This document shows, piece after piece, positions 9,206 through 21,612 of a DNA stretch of 64,000 nucleotides; positions within the stretch are counted from its first letter, which is position 1, and each line of letters starts with the position of its first letter. The notes under the pieces were generated by a model. The model did not search any database. It had not been told where the DNA came from and worked only from the letters and a program-made list of their open reading frames with translations. The DNA is from Craspedostauros australis (Eukaryota), in assembly GCA_030167865.1 (NCBI GenBank), contig JALAGF010004851.1, forward strand, positions 1 through 64,000. Direction: 5' to 3'. The translations under genes were made by a program, and so were the position numbers.

Positions 9206-11137
9206 ATGAGAAGAGTATCCTCCCGTCAGCGGCTGGTGTCATGGGACGCCTTCGATGCGACCCGCCGTTCCAACACGCACCGCGACGAAGAGATTTCCAG
9301 CAGCGATTCGGATTCAGCAGACGAGCATACCGATAATCATGTCTCGCCTTCACAGACACAGAATGTCATCACATCCGCGGACCACGCCAGCGGGGCAGTC
9401 TCGTCTCCTGTCTCACCCACAGACCTCCTCGTCCACAGAAGCGAACACAGTCACAAGAATGACGACGACGGCGGCGGCGGCGGCTGCTGTACCTCCGTGC
9501 TCCATCTCCTCAAGCACCCATCGCTCAGAAGAGACCAGCGACGCAGCGGAAAACGAAGCCGGGCGCTAAAATCAAAGTCAACAGCTTCCAAGGGAATCAG
9601 CAACAGCAATAGCAAGGCCAAGTCGCCAGAATCGCCTACCTTCGTCCCTGCCTTCTCCTGGGAGCTATCGCAGGCACCACCTCTGGTCATCCCAGCGCCT
9701 CCGTTGACGCTTGCCCAACCATCGCTCCTCGATGCGCTCAACGATGATGTGCAGCTGCACGTCTTCACCTTTCTGGACCTGGAATCGCTCCGAAAGATGC
9801 TCTCCGTCAACAAGAAGCTGCGTCAGTTCGTTCTCCATCCAGACAACAAGGCCTTCTTGTGGGATGCGCTGTGCTCATCGAAGAGTTGGTGGTCAGAATT
9901 CATGCACACCAATGCCAAGCGCCTTCGCCAGTCTTCGAATGACGACCATGCACCAGGAAGCCAAGGCAGCACTCAGATCAACCTCCAGGACAATGTCCAC
10001 GTTCCAATCGCGGCCATGAAGCGGAGCAAGAGACACAAGGATCATCAAGAGATCATCAACCTCCCGCTGTACTGCAGCTGGATCCCTCAGCGTGTGCCGA
10101 CCTCCGTCCACAAAATATTCGAAAGAGGCTGCCAGCGATGGCGATCCATGTTCTCTCTCAAAGCGTCCGTCGACAACAACACGGGCAGAGAATGGATTCA
10201 GTACACCGGGGTGGTCGGGACAGGAGACAGGTGCGTTCGTGGCAACCATCCACTCCCACGCCCAATCGCCAGAGGTCACAAGCATCATTCCTTCCTCGAG
10301 AGATTTTGCCGTAACAACCGAGCGGTCATCACAGAGCCGCTCAGCGAATGGCGTCCATTCTGCGCACCACATCGCATCGATGACAACACGCTTGACCTTT
10401 CCCCACGATTGGTGTCGTACTACGAGGTGACGATCCAGGCACACCAAGATCAACCAGCAGGTGAAAACGACGTTGACGATGACGGAAGTGTGAGACCACT
10501 CTTGGGACGCAGACATACGCGAAGCGACTGCGTCGCAGTCGGATTGGCAACCGAATCCTTCCCCCTGTACTCGAGGATGCCTGGCTGGGACCGCATGTCG
10601 TACGGCTACCACGGCGACGATGGTGGCATCTTCCACTCTGCCGGTGGCATGATTGAGAAGTTCGGCCCCTCCTTCGGTCCCGGCGACACCGTCGGCTGCG
10701 GATTGGACTACGTCTCACAGAGCATCTTCTACACGCTCAATGGCGAATTCCTTGGCCACGCATGGAGACAGCTGGATTGGGACTTCCTCCAGAACAAGTT
10801 GTACCCCGTTGTCGGCATCGACACCAACTCGCCCATCTCGATCAACTTCGGTCAATCCAAGTTCGAATTTGACCTATCGGCCTACATCGAACCGCACAAT
10901 GCGCTGATCCGTGAAGCGTACTCCCTGACCGGCAAGGACGCTCTGCGACCGCACCATTCCCGCAAACATCACCGCTTCAGCCCCGGCGCAGCATCGCCAA
11001 AGAAGGCCGTCGGAGGTGGTGAGCATCACAACGAACAACGTCGTGCGAGTACTAGACTCACAAGCGTGACGACGCACCACGGCTTCAATGCATTCCCCAT
11101 CGTGCGGTCCCCAGTTGCAGAGAACCGCAGATGGTAG
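9206..11137 (+). CDS. F-box plus SPRY/B30.2 (RanBP9/10-like) domain protein
   Basis: F-box-like LDALNDDVQLHVFTFLDLESL. SPRY motifs YYEVTI, CVAVGLA, MPGWD..SYGYHGDDG, FGPSFGPGDTVGCG, IFYTLNG, LYPVVG, INFG..KFEFDL. Confidence 0.88.
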   Translation: MRRVSSRQRLVSWDAFDATRRSNTHRDEEISSSDSDSADEHTDNHVSPSQTQNVITSADHASGAVSSPVSPTDLLVHRSEHSHKNDDDGGGGGCCTSVLHLLKHPSLRRDQRRSGKRSRALKSKSTASKGISNSNSKAKSPESPTFVPAFSWELSQAPPLVIPAPPLTLAQPSLLDALNDDVQLHVFTFLDLESLRKMLSVNKKLRQFVLHPDNKAFLWDALCSSKSWWSEFMHTNAKRLRQSSNDDHAPGSQGSTQINLQDNVHVPIAAMKRSKRHKDHQEIINLPLYCSWIPQRVPTSVHKIFERGCQRWRSMFSLKASVDNNTGREWIQYTGVVGTGDRCVRGNHPLPRPIARGHKHHSFLERFCRNNRAVITEPLSEWRPFCAPHRIDDNTLDLSPRLVSYYEVTIQAHQDQPAGENDVDDDGSVRPLLGRRHTRSDCVAVGLATESFPLYSRMPGWDRMSYGYHGDDGGIFHSAGGMIEKFGPSFGPGDTVGCGLDYVSQSIFYTLNGEFLGHAWRQLDWDFLQNKLYPVVGIDTNSPISINFGQSKFEFDLSAYIEPHNALIREAYSLTGKDALRPHHSRKHHRFSPGAASPKKAVGGGEHHNEQRRASTRLTSVTTHHGFNAFPIVRSPVAENRRW

Positions 11138-11498
11138 ACAACAAGCAATGGCCTCTCAACGAGTAGAGAGAGGCGAACCAACAGGCAAGCTAGCCGGCCA
11201 ACCGGCATTGACGCACCAGGCAGACATCTCAGTTTCCCTCATTGTCCAGCAGAGGCATGGGGCTTTCTACTAATCACTTCGCTTCACACCATGGCATTTC
11301 TCCACGAACATGATAAGACTAATTGTATAATACCAATAGTGACAAGAACAAAACCTTTTCGATGAGCAAGTGTGTGGTAGCTTTGTGGCGCTTTTTGCTT
11401 GGTGCCCATCGAGAGCGTAGTGCTCCGCCCCAACCTGGCGCACAGCGTGTGCTTCAGATTGCAACATGGCATTGACCGCAAACTTGAATGGAGCGCAC

Positions 11499-12152
11499 TC
11501 ATTTGTGATACCCAGACCCCTTTCGGATCTCTGATGCTCTGTAGACTTGCTCCATCAACAGAAGCCGCGCAAATTGGTGCGTGAATGTCAAAGCGCTGAG
11601 ACTGAGCAACACCGGCTTGCTGTTCTTGCCACCCTTGGCTGGGTACTTCAAGGACGGTGGCAACCCTTCAGCACCGCCAATCACGAAGCTAAGGCGGCTC
11701 CCACCGCGGTCGATCCATTCGTACATGGATTCGGAGAACCGTTCGCTGGTCATGGTCTGGCCCAGCGGATCCATAAGCACGACGGTGTGGCCCCTGGCCG
11801 TGTCGGCATTCACGGCCTTGACGAGGGCGTCGTCATCCTTGTGCCACACCGTCTCCACCTCCAACGTCGACGGGCGCAGTCGTTTTTCGTAGATAGCATA
11901 CGCATCCTCCAACCATTGCTCGCCGCCTGATTTGCGTCCGACGATCCGAATGTTGACTTTCATGGCATGCAGCCGCGTGCCATGACGAGCGCATGATGGA
12001 GAATGGTGTCGTTGATATCGTTGTTGCTGCCCTTGTTGCTGTTTCCGATGCTGCTGTGACGGAACAAATGCATTGGCATCACGTTGGAGAACGAGAATCG
12101 TTGACAGTATCCATGTGAACAGGAGCACGAGCGATGTAACCGTGTGTGCCAT
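11499..12152 (-). CDS. rlmH: 23S rRNA m3-pseudouridine-1915 methyltransferase RlmH (SPOUT), plastid-targeted
   Basis: MKVNIRIVGRK, YEKRL, D..G...TSE.F, FVIGGAEGL, LSLSALTFTHQFARLLLMEQVYRA..I..GSGYHK. Signal peptide ending ANA-F plus transit-like segment. First ATG at 12152. Confidence 0.92.
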   Translation of the reverse strand: MAHTVTSLVLLFTWILSTILVLQRDANAFVPSQQHRKQQQGQQQRYQRHHSPSCARHGTRLHAMKVNIRIVGRKSGGEQWLEDAYAIYEKRLRPSTLEVETVWHKDDDALVKAVNADTARGHTVVLMDPLGQTMTSERFSESMYEWIDRGGSRLSFVIGGAEGLPPSLKYPAKGGKNSKPVLLSLSALTFTHQFARLLLMEQVYRASEIRKGSGYHK

Positions 12153-13069
12153 CGCCAAACCTTGGGAGCCACAGCGTATAGTGTTGCTTTGGAGAGATTT
12201 GTATCATATAATAGATCACAGTTGCAATTCTTTGCACCAAGTCACCGCAATGGGGGAGGGTGTTCCTATGCGCCGTTGATGCGCCAGTGTGGTGATGGTT
12301 GTGGTCGTTGTTGAACAATACGATATGTCCAAGGATAGTCCTGTCACGCTGCAGACGCATCCAGTGCTCTACCAACTTATTGATAGCTTCCGGAACTGTT
12401 GCCGACATGGATGTATCTTGCCGCCATGCCGGGCACCATGCGAACACGGACAAGGTCGCCGCTCTGGCACCATGGTCGACAGGATGTGCTTCCTGGAATG
12501 GGTTGTGTGGCGGTGGCCTCGATCCTTCCTGATTGCCCTGGTTGCTTTTGACTGTTGATGGATTTTCCGATTCTCATTTGTGGTTGGCGTTCGCGCTTCT
12601 CCCTGTGTGTGGCTCAGAGACAGAAGGGTTCTGGTTGATTGTTTTGTCGGCATCAAATCGATTTCAAATGAAGCACAGGCGCCGATTTCTGTACTTGAAG
12701 TAACAGAGCGGAAAGCGATCTTCAATAATCGTCTATCACAATAGTTCCGCAATGCAACTTTAAGGCAATTTTCCGATCCCTGCGGAGGTATCCGTTACAA
12801 GTGGAACACAACCGCACAAACCAAGATCCGTCGAGTCGAAGTTGAACTTGTGGCGAAAACACGCACTGACCGCAAAAAAGCAAAGCGCAGAACGCAGAAA
12901 CCAAAACCAAAAGACAACACCAACAACTGTTGTAGCCACACACAATCAACAAGAAGCACCATTCATCGCAACAACCACAACAAATCCAACACCCGACGCA
13001 CCCATACATCCATCAATCCACATCATCAAAGCTCAACCAACCTACCAACCAACACGCTTGCCATCCACC

Positions 13070-14657
13070 ATGAAGTTCACTGTCGCTACCTTCGCTCTCC
13101 TTGCCGCGTCTGCCAACGCATTCGCACCAGCTTCCATCAATGCCCGAAATGCCCAAACTGTGAGTCGTCGTCATGACCGTCATCTTTGGGATTCTCGAAG
13201 GAGCGTCTATTCACGACGCACCGCAATGCACTGAATGGGTCGGATCGCACAACATGCTTATATCATGCTGAGACTACAATTGCATCCAGCATGCCCCATT
13301 CCCAAAGCCGTGAATCCATGGCAAATTGGAGGGAACGCATGGCGATTGCAATGGCGGTGGTAGCCAACCCAAGCAAACCCAAGGAATCAAAGCCTGCAAT
13401 TCGATGCGCACCGGTGGCAAAGTTGGATACTCGCCGGTCATCATGCATTGGAAGGAGTTGGCAGAAATCTTTCGCATTCATCGCCTGACCATTTCATTTG
13501 CTTGCGTTTGCTCTGATTTTTCTCACTCGAATTGCGACCTCATGCATGATTGCAAACCGTGTCATTCGATGGCGCTGTTGTATTTGCTATTGTACATTCG
13601 ATGCGCATGATTCAAAACCACTGATGCGGCCGTACCATTCGTACCGCAGGCTTTGTTCGCAGAGGAGGGTGACAGTGAGGCCGTCAAGCCACTCCGCATC
13701 GGAACCCGTGGCTCCCCATTGGCCATGGCACAGGCATTCGAGACCCGCAAGAGACTGCGCGAGCTGTTCCCAGAATTGTGCGAGGACGGTGCTTTGGAAA
13801 TTTGCGTCTTGAAGACCCAGGGTGACATGATCCTCGACAAGTCCCTCATGGAGCTCGGAGGCAAGGGATTGTTCACCAAGGAGCTGGACACGGCCCTGCT
13901 TGGTGACGAGGTCGATATCTGCGTGCATTCCATGAAGGACGTCCCAACCTGGTTGCCAGACGGTACCATCCTCCCATGCACCCTCCCACGTGAGGACACC
14001 AACGACGCCTTCATTTCCAAGGGCGGCGAGGTCAAGAGAGTCGAGGACCTGCCAGACGGCTCCGTCATCGGAACCGCCTCCCTGCGAAGACAGTCCCAGC
14101 TCCTGGCCAAGAACCCAACCTTCAAGTGCGTCAACTTCCGCGGCAACGTGCAGACCCGCCTGCGCAAGCTCGAGGACGGCGTCGTCGATGCCACCCTTCT
14201 CGCCATCGCCGGCCTCAAGCGCATGGACATGGACAGCCACGCCACCGCCGTCCTGGATTGGGAGGAGATGCTGCCAGCCGTCGCACAGGGTGCCATCGGC
14301 ATCCAGTGCCGAACGAACGACGAGCGCAGCCTCAAGTACATCGAAGCCCTGAACCACGCGGAGACCAAGTCCTGCGTCGACTGTGAGCGTGCCTTCCTCG
14401 AGGCCCTGGACGGAAACTGCAAGACCCCCATCGCCGGGCAGGCCCGCATCGTCGACGACAAGATCAAGTTCCGCGGACTCATCGCCATGCCAGACGGTAG
14501 CGAGAAGTACGAGACCGAGGTCGAGGGTGCCATCGAGGATGCCTACACCATCGGAAAGTCGGCAGGAGAGGAGCTGAAGGCCAGAGCGGGAGACAAGTTC
14601 TTTGACATGATGGTCGAGATGTCGCCACAGCAGGTGTTGGGACAGATCACCAAGTAA
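13070..14657 (+). CDS. hemC: Porphobilinogen deaminase, plastid-targeted (exons 13070-13159, 13650-14657)
   Basis: MKFTVATFALLAASANA-FAP presequence. LRIGTRGSPLA, GGKGLFTKELD, VHSMKDVP, GTASLRR, RGNVQTRLRKL, LPAVAQGAIG, LDGNCKTPIA. Phase-0 intron 13160-13649. Confidence 0.97.
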
Positions 14658-15458
14658 ATCGCATTGGGAGATCTATCCACGCTTGCACGATACCAAATCG
14701 TGCAACATACCACACTTCATTACCCACGACGGGTACTCGAGGAAATGACGGAAGTATACCTACGGAACGATATGAGGAAGGAGTGAACGAGTCTGTGCGA
14801 CATTGATCGACTGCCTGATGGCTGGTGAACCAATGACTTTCCGAACAGGCAGGAGGCATACGTGTATTCCAACACACACGTCGTTGGTGTGAGAGGAATG
14901 AACCGAAAGGATGACTTCGCCGACAAAAATGAAAATGAAGGTGACGATAATGCTTGCAAAACCGTACCAACGCAACAGAAACATCACATTGCTCCGCTCG
15001 AATTCACACATACATACAGTTGTAAATAATAAACAGAAACAATTCAGCCACCAACAACAACGGAAGTATTGACCAGTCCTCTCTCCAGGTGGAGCAGAGT
15101 GGATTAGAGTGAAGTGTTTGGACGATTCTTGTGATTGTAGGTGAACACCTGCATGTCCGAAGTTGCGCATCGTCCAAGCATGACATCACATGACTGATTT
15201 CATTGGAACACTCGCACACAGCACAACACCGTACAGTTGCAGTCGCACCCGCACTCGAGCCCTCTGCCAAGATTGTTCACCTTTGGTGTTGCATCGACAT
15301 GACCAACAGCCTTCATGAACTTTCGATTCCACAAAATAATCTGTAATAATCCATGGTCAAAGTTTGGACTGTAGTAGAGCATACTATTATTGCGAGAGTA
15401 GAGGAGGGGACCTTTGTGAATGCACTCGAGCATACACACCAGAGTACTGCAGAGCTCT

Positions 15459-16325
15459 TCAGATATCCTCTTGCAGCAGCAGACCTTCTTGCATGTCGTC
15501 GAAGATGATTTCATTGAGCGATTCCGACGAGCCGGTGCCGACGAATCGTTGCAAATGCAACTTGCGAATGACCCACTGCACGTATCTGAGTCGCAGGAAG
15601 CTGTAGTAGGCCGCCCGAAGGTAGTAGTAGATGCGGTAGCGATTGGACATGCAGGCGCCGAATCCCAGTACCGACAGCATGATGATGATGAGCCATGCGA
15701 TGGTCTTGCCCACGATGGTCCAGAATGAGATCTTGTGATGGTGATGGTGGTGACTGCCGTTGTCGATGGTGGGACTGAGAGATGGCGCGGCCATTGGTGC
15801 CATGGTCGGCGAATCCGTGATGGCGTCAACCGGTGCTGTCGTGGGAGCCGGCGACGGCACGGATGAATTGGCCACGGTCGGTGCCACGGTCGGTGCCATG
15901 GTCGGCATGGAGGTGTTCGTGCTGTTGCCATGGTCGTCCGTCGAATTCGCGGTCGGTGCCATGGTTGGGACGGAGGAGAGCTGCGTCGTGTTCGACGTCG
16001 GTGCCTGTGTAGGAGAGACGGTCGTCACGTTCGGCGACGTGGAGTTGGTGGTTGGTGCCATCGTTGGAGAGTCCGTACCTGCAGTAGCATTCGTGTGGTT
16101 GGTTGGGGACATGGTCGGCACGTCCGTTGCATTGTCGTCTTCAACGTACGGATGCAGGTGAAGGATCGCCGCGGATCCATCTCTGAGATTGGCACTCTTC
16201 TGGTGAAAGGCAGCGTTGCTATTGCCACTGCCATCATCATGGTCGTTGGCAGTTGATAGTGCGCAGATGCTCAAGAGCAAAGCCGCGACCAAGATGAGAT
16301 TCGGTCCGGTGGAACGTGGGAACAT
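15459..16325 (-). CDS. Type I membrane glycoprotein with Thr/Pro-rich PTMAPT repeats
   Basis: N-terminal signal peptide, repeated PT[MVQ]APT units, multiple N-x-S/T sequons, a His6 run, one hydrophobic helix (IAWLIIIMLSVLGFGAC) and a short acidic cytoplasmic tail. Confidence 0.8.
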   Translation of the reverse strand: MFPRSTGPNLILVAALLLSICALSTANDHDDGSGNSNAAFHQKSANLRDGSAAILHLHPYVEDDNATDVPTMSPTNHTNATAGTDSPTMAPTTNSTSPNVTTVSPTQAPTSNTTQLSSVPTMAPTANSTDDHGNSTNTSMPTMAPTVAPTVANSSVPSPAPTTAPVDAITDSPTMAPMAAPSLSPTIDNGSHHHHHHKISFWTIVGKTIAWLIIIMLSVLGFGACMSNRYRIYYYLRAAYYSFLRLRYVQWVIRKLHLQRFVGTGSSESLNEIIFDDMQEGLLLQEDI

Positions 16326-17494
16326 GGTTGCTGTGTCTTTTTTGAGAACAGAAGATGGTGATCTCTTCGTTGTTTCTCACTGCGGCTCTCGTCTGAATTC
16401 ACTGCCACAACAGCACGAAGAATGAAAAAGAGGAATACTTGGATGCTGGATGCTGGATGCCTTGACGGTGTAGCACTCCCTGAAGTCAGAGGTCGTGCCT
16501 GTTGCCTGGTTTGTTGCGAATGCGGACAAGGGAATCAGTCGTAGTCCACGAAGGCGAATACAAAGGCGGAAACGTTGTTTGGTGTCGTTGTTGTGGCCGT
16601 CGGTGCGCCATGGTCGATGAGTTGCACGTTTTTGTCCACGTCGCCGAAATGGCGAAGGACGACTCAATGCGATCACTTCGAATGCTTTCGATCTTTGTTC
16701 GATTCACTTCTCAGGATTGACCCGCTGGATCAAACACAAGAAAGAGAGAACAGCATTGTCGACTCATCAGAATCAGTTGTTCGACAATTGACACCGACAA
16801 ACGAATTTGTCAAACATTCCGTGTTTGTCAACCATGTCACTCATGTCACTCATGTCGCAGCAGTTTCCGTTGGATTGCGATGAGTGTCCAGTCAACAAAA
16901 GGGACATCGTTCAGGTGGTGTTGCGTCAGACATCGCCTGGCGGAGAAGCGCGACGGCGGCGATGTGACGCGGAATGGTGTGGCGAAAACCGTGTTCTGGC
17001 CGTCGAACTTCATTTTTGAAATCGACACGCGCAACAACAACACACACAAGGAAGAGAAAACAGACGCATCTCTCGACGCGGATTGAAAAGTGGAAGACAC
17101 ACAGGGAACGAGCACCATCCGTATCCATACGAATTGATCGCGAACATCACATCTCCACTGCGGCCAACAACTTCCGCAAAAGCACAATCACTTGTCTTGT
17201 GTCTCCACCTCTGCCTCGTCATCTTCACCTCCGTCTCCATCGATATCTCTCATTGCCAGTCCATCCGCTATCCGCATCTGTTTTTGCATCTCCCACCACA
17301 GGAAACAAAGCACACACGCACACACACAAGAACAACAGAATAGAACAATCGCTCCAACACACACAACAGCACAGTAGCACAACTCCACAACAGCACAAAC
17401 ATCAAGTGCAGCTCCATCCAACAAGACATAGGATCCATCAAGGTCCCTTTCCACCTCCCTACCAACATCTCTCTGCCTCTATCAAGCCGCAACC

Positions 17495-18630
17495 ATGGTC
17501 TCTGCTCCATCTGGTCCACCGCCACAGGCGCTCCCATACGACTACCTCTTCAAGGTCCTCATCATTGGAGACGCATCCGTCGGAAAGGTACGGAAACAGA
17601 AGATACTACTGTATGGTCGGACGGGATTGGACTACTCTACTCCGCTCTGCAATACTCGAATGCGCGTCGACAGGATCCTCATCATCCTAATCCATTCATT
17701 CAATCAATCATTGAATGATTGAATGACCAAGCCGAAGCATGCTATATGTTGCTTGAAGATGAGCCTCCATGCAGAGTCAACATACGTCGTCTTGTTGACG
17801 ATTCAAGGAAGCAATGTGTCATGGTGTGGTGCTTTCTCATTGATAAAACAACGGCAAGAGCAACAATGTTGAAGTTTGAAGGTCATTCACGCATTCATGC
17901 ATGGCACCCAATTCTGACACCTTTTACGAACGACCATTGATTTCATTCCGCTTCATTTATTTCTCTTCGCCATCTTTCTTTCATCCATCTATCCATCATT
18001 CGTCCATGCAATCAACTATTCATCCAATCAATGTATCCATACATCATCCGTCCATGATTCCAACTCTGACTGCAGTCGTCGATGCTGCTCCGTTTCACAG
18101 ACGACAGCTTCGATGAGCACATCCAGTCCACCATCGGCGTCGATTTCAAAGTCAAGCACATCGATATGGACGGCAAGCGCGTCAAGCTCACAATCTGGGA
18201 CACTGCCGGCCAGGAACGTTTCCGCACGCTCACCAGCAGCTACTACCGCGGTGCTCACGGCGTCGTTCTGGTCTACGACGTCACCCGCACGGACTCCTTC
18301 GAGAATTTGGAACAGTGGCTCAAGGAGGTGCAGCTGTATTCACCGAACAATGGGGAATCCGTCATCAAGCTCTTGGTTGGAAACAAGATCGATCTCGATC
18401 GCAAGGTGGGACGTGAACGCGCGGAGGCATGGGCACGATCGCACGGCATGCTCTTCCTGGAGGCATCGGCCAAGACCAAGATGGGAATCCGCCAGGTCTT
18501 CATGGAGGTCGTGCAAAAGATCCTTGACAATCCAGATGCATTGGCCAACGCCACGCCCGGAAGGCCCAAGATGCAAATCAAGCGCCCCACGCCGGGACCC
18601 TCGGATGATGACGATGGCGGATGCTGCTGA
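17495..18630 (+). CDS. RAB18: Rab GTPase, Rab18-like (exons 17495-17587, 18076-18630)
   Basis: GDASVGK|SS, TIGVDFKVK, IWDTAGQERFRTLTSSYYRGA, LVGNKID, EASAK, C-terminal CC prenylation site. Confidence 0.93.
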
Positions 18631-19476
18631 TCGCACTCTTTCGTTTGCTTTGCGCTTGTCTACCATGCATGCGGGCGGGCGGGCGTGTCCACATGACGAC
18701 AAGGCCAACTCAACCAATATCTATGTACCTGTGAAGTGATGTGGTCGTGAGGGCACAGGATGCACGTACGAACATATGTACATTCTCCGCAAAGCGAACA
18801 AATATTCATGCACGCATACATTTGCGTACGTGAATACCAACATGTGAGAATACCCGCACGATCACCATCAGAGAGCCGTGTGGTGGAAGTAACAACGGCA
18901 GGCACTCACGCGCATACGCACATCACATTGCAAACAATACAGTGGAGTGGGAGGTGTGCATGCGGCGCCGTGGCAATGGTGTCGGTGTTGACAATGACAA
19001 GCACCATGGCCTTTGTGCTTGGGTGTTGGTCTCCAGAATGTGTTCCCAGACGATGCAGCACTTCACCAACATTCCAACAACCGTACTCTGATGAAACAAC
19101 CAAGAAGATACAAACATCACATCAACAGACGCAACAAACAATATGAAATGAAATCCAACAAAACCAATAGACAAAAACAGTGCCATCCATCAATGTGTTG
19201 GATGGCTGTACAAAAAGTACGAACACAGGAAGACAAACGCAGACGATGATGTGTTGAATTGCGAGTACTCCACAAGCAAACTATGCAGACGTTCATCTTC
19301 TGCAAACATCATAGCATACATTGTCGAGGAACATAGCAAACAACAAGACCAATAGCAAAACGTGTAGAACAGGAATTCAAAACTGATGCAAAAACTATGC
19401 GCTCTGCCGACGTGTGCAACTAATACACGAGTTCTCAAACCCAAATGATGATTGATCTTTGATTCGCTGTTTGAAC

Positions 19477-20991
19477 TTAGATATCCGGATCCTCCTCTTC
19501 ATCATCGTCATCGAAATCAAGGTCGTCCAGATCATCGTCATCTACATCGAATAGACCCTCGTCCACATTCTCCAAATTCTCCTCTTCATCTTCGTCCACC
19601 TGCGCATCATCCGCCGCGGCCTCGATCGCTTCCAAATTTAGCGTGCCGGCCTTGCCATTGAACTGCAAAAACCCAGACACCCGCCCGCTCTTATCGACGA
19701 CCTTCTCCTTCTTGGACGCCTTCTTGTTGCTGTTCTCGCTGGCATTCTCCTTATCGCGCTGCCATTGCTCCTCCATCTCCTTCTCAAATTTGGCCTTCCA
19801 GATTTCGAAGGTGTCACGGTTCACAGGTGTGCCCTCGGCACGCCGTTTGCGCACGGCCAATTCCTCGGCCTCGGCTTCCGTCATCTGTTCGACATGCTTT
19901 TGCGATTCGAACTGTTGACTTGCTTTTTGCTGCAATCGTAGGAACATTGTGCGGTGTTGCGTTGCGTTGTGGCAGAGCCGATCAGCGCAGCAGATTGGAG
20001 CGCAACAGCACAGTTGATCATGACGTGAAGTGGAAAAGCGGTGCAACGAAATGGTTGGGTGCAATGAGCGTGTGAGATGGCATTCCAACAAAAGTGAATT
20101 GGCATACTATTAACAGCGTGGCAAGACGGCAAGGATGTAGCTCCAGAGATTATCCCACAAACACCGTAAACGTTTCCCCCCATCGCCTTGTCGGCAATGA
20201 ACAAGAGGAACCCATTGACCGTGAAGATCGAAGCGCGTGGGATCTTGTCTGCGCTTGTATCAATGTTGCAAGATGATCTCTCTGTGAAGAAGAAGACTGG
20301 ACGATCCATCGCAGAATGGCAGGCACGTATCCAGAAAAGGGGATTGCATGTGTCTGTGATGGATCGTTGGGACTTGCGTTGGCATCATGAATACTCTGCA
20401 GCAAAGTAGGACGTATTGTTATTGAAGTGATCTTCCAAAAGAGCATGACTTGACTTGACACGACGCCACACAGCATTCCACCAAACAAACACGCCATCCT
20501 TGTGACAGCACCAATAGGTACTCTGCATAAGATGCTGATGGGCATAGACGTACCGTCGCCTTCTCCGATTCCAGCTCTCTTCGCTTCATCTGCGCGAACA
20601 TGGAGGTATCATCCAGACCCTTGACGTTGTTCTCTATCAACCATTCCCGCAACCTCTCGCTGATCGCAAATATCGAGGGCAGACCCAGATTGGCCTCGGC
20701 TTCTTCGTTGGCAAGCTGCAGCAGGGTGTCCTGATGCTCCGACACCAGACCCTTCAGGATTTCAATTTCGAGCTCCGGCAGCGCCTCGGGATACGTCAGC
20801 GGAATCGTGGCCGTGAGCTTGATGCCCACGTGGTTGGGGTCTTCGGCATCGTCGTCGTCGACGTGCTGCTCGGGGTACAGCGTGACGGCCCATCGGAATG
20901 GCTGGGCGGATTGGATGACCTCCAGGCATTCGTCGAAGATGGCCGTCAGGGCCTCGGCCTCCATCTCCTGTTCTTCGCAGTGGTCCGCCAT
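19477..20991 (-). CDS. RWD-domain protein, RWDD1/Gir2-like (exons 20991-20554, 19929-19477)
   Basis: EEQEMEAEALTAIF, YPEALP, LGLPSIF, GTPVN..TF..WK.KF..E, RVSG.F and an acidic tail. Phase-0 GT-AG intron 20553-19930. Confidence 0.88.
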
Positions 20992-21612
20992 GGTGCTTGG
21001 ATGTACGAGTGGGCAGTTTCCCCGCTGGTTTTGCCTTGCTCAGACTTGGTCTTGCTCTTGCTCTTGCTCTTGGGCTCGAGTGTATGGTATTCACACGATA
21101 ACCGTGCTAGATGATGATCTGTGGATGGTATGTGCGAGTGCAGATGTGGGTGGGGCGGATGTGGCGGTTGGCTCTTGATCTGTTCTTGTTGTGTCCTCAG
21201 CTCTCGCCTGTTCCCTCTTGACGCCGCCAACCACAACAAGAGGACGGATCGCTGTTGCGGTTGGTGTCACAAAATCAATAGCGGCGGACGACGGACGGAT
21301 CATCCCCACAAGAGCACGACTCGTGAATGACACATCAATTCACGAACATCTCCCGCCAAACACGTCCACAAGGATCCAAATCAACAGAAGCCAGCGACAG
21401 TCGTGCGTCGCACACACCAAACACGCAACACACCCATCCACCATCACGGTGCGATCAATCTCGATCTCAATCTCAATCTCGACCACGTCTTCACCATCAA
21501 CATCAGCATCAGCCTTGTCATTGCCATCCTCATCGTCGTCATCACCACAAGACAACAGCTCCAAGAGCGCACTTGACCCGTCGAGCCAGCCAACAAGTTA
21601 GCAAGCCCAACC

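Noticed and set aside
8641-9336. 231-aa ORF upstream of the F-box/SPRY gene
   Set aside because: Starts at TTG, and its Q/H/T/S-rich composition is typical of translated CA-rich leader sequence.
13562-14533. Long antisense ORFs over hemC (and similarly over MetRS, the ankyrin gene, the MBD/DDT gene, GapN and IWS1)
   Set aside because: Shadow ORFs expected from GC3-rich codon usage, with no recognisable motifs.
20188-20409. Small antisense ORF inside the RWD gene intron
   Set aside because: 73 aa with no motif or promoter-like context, so likely chance.
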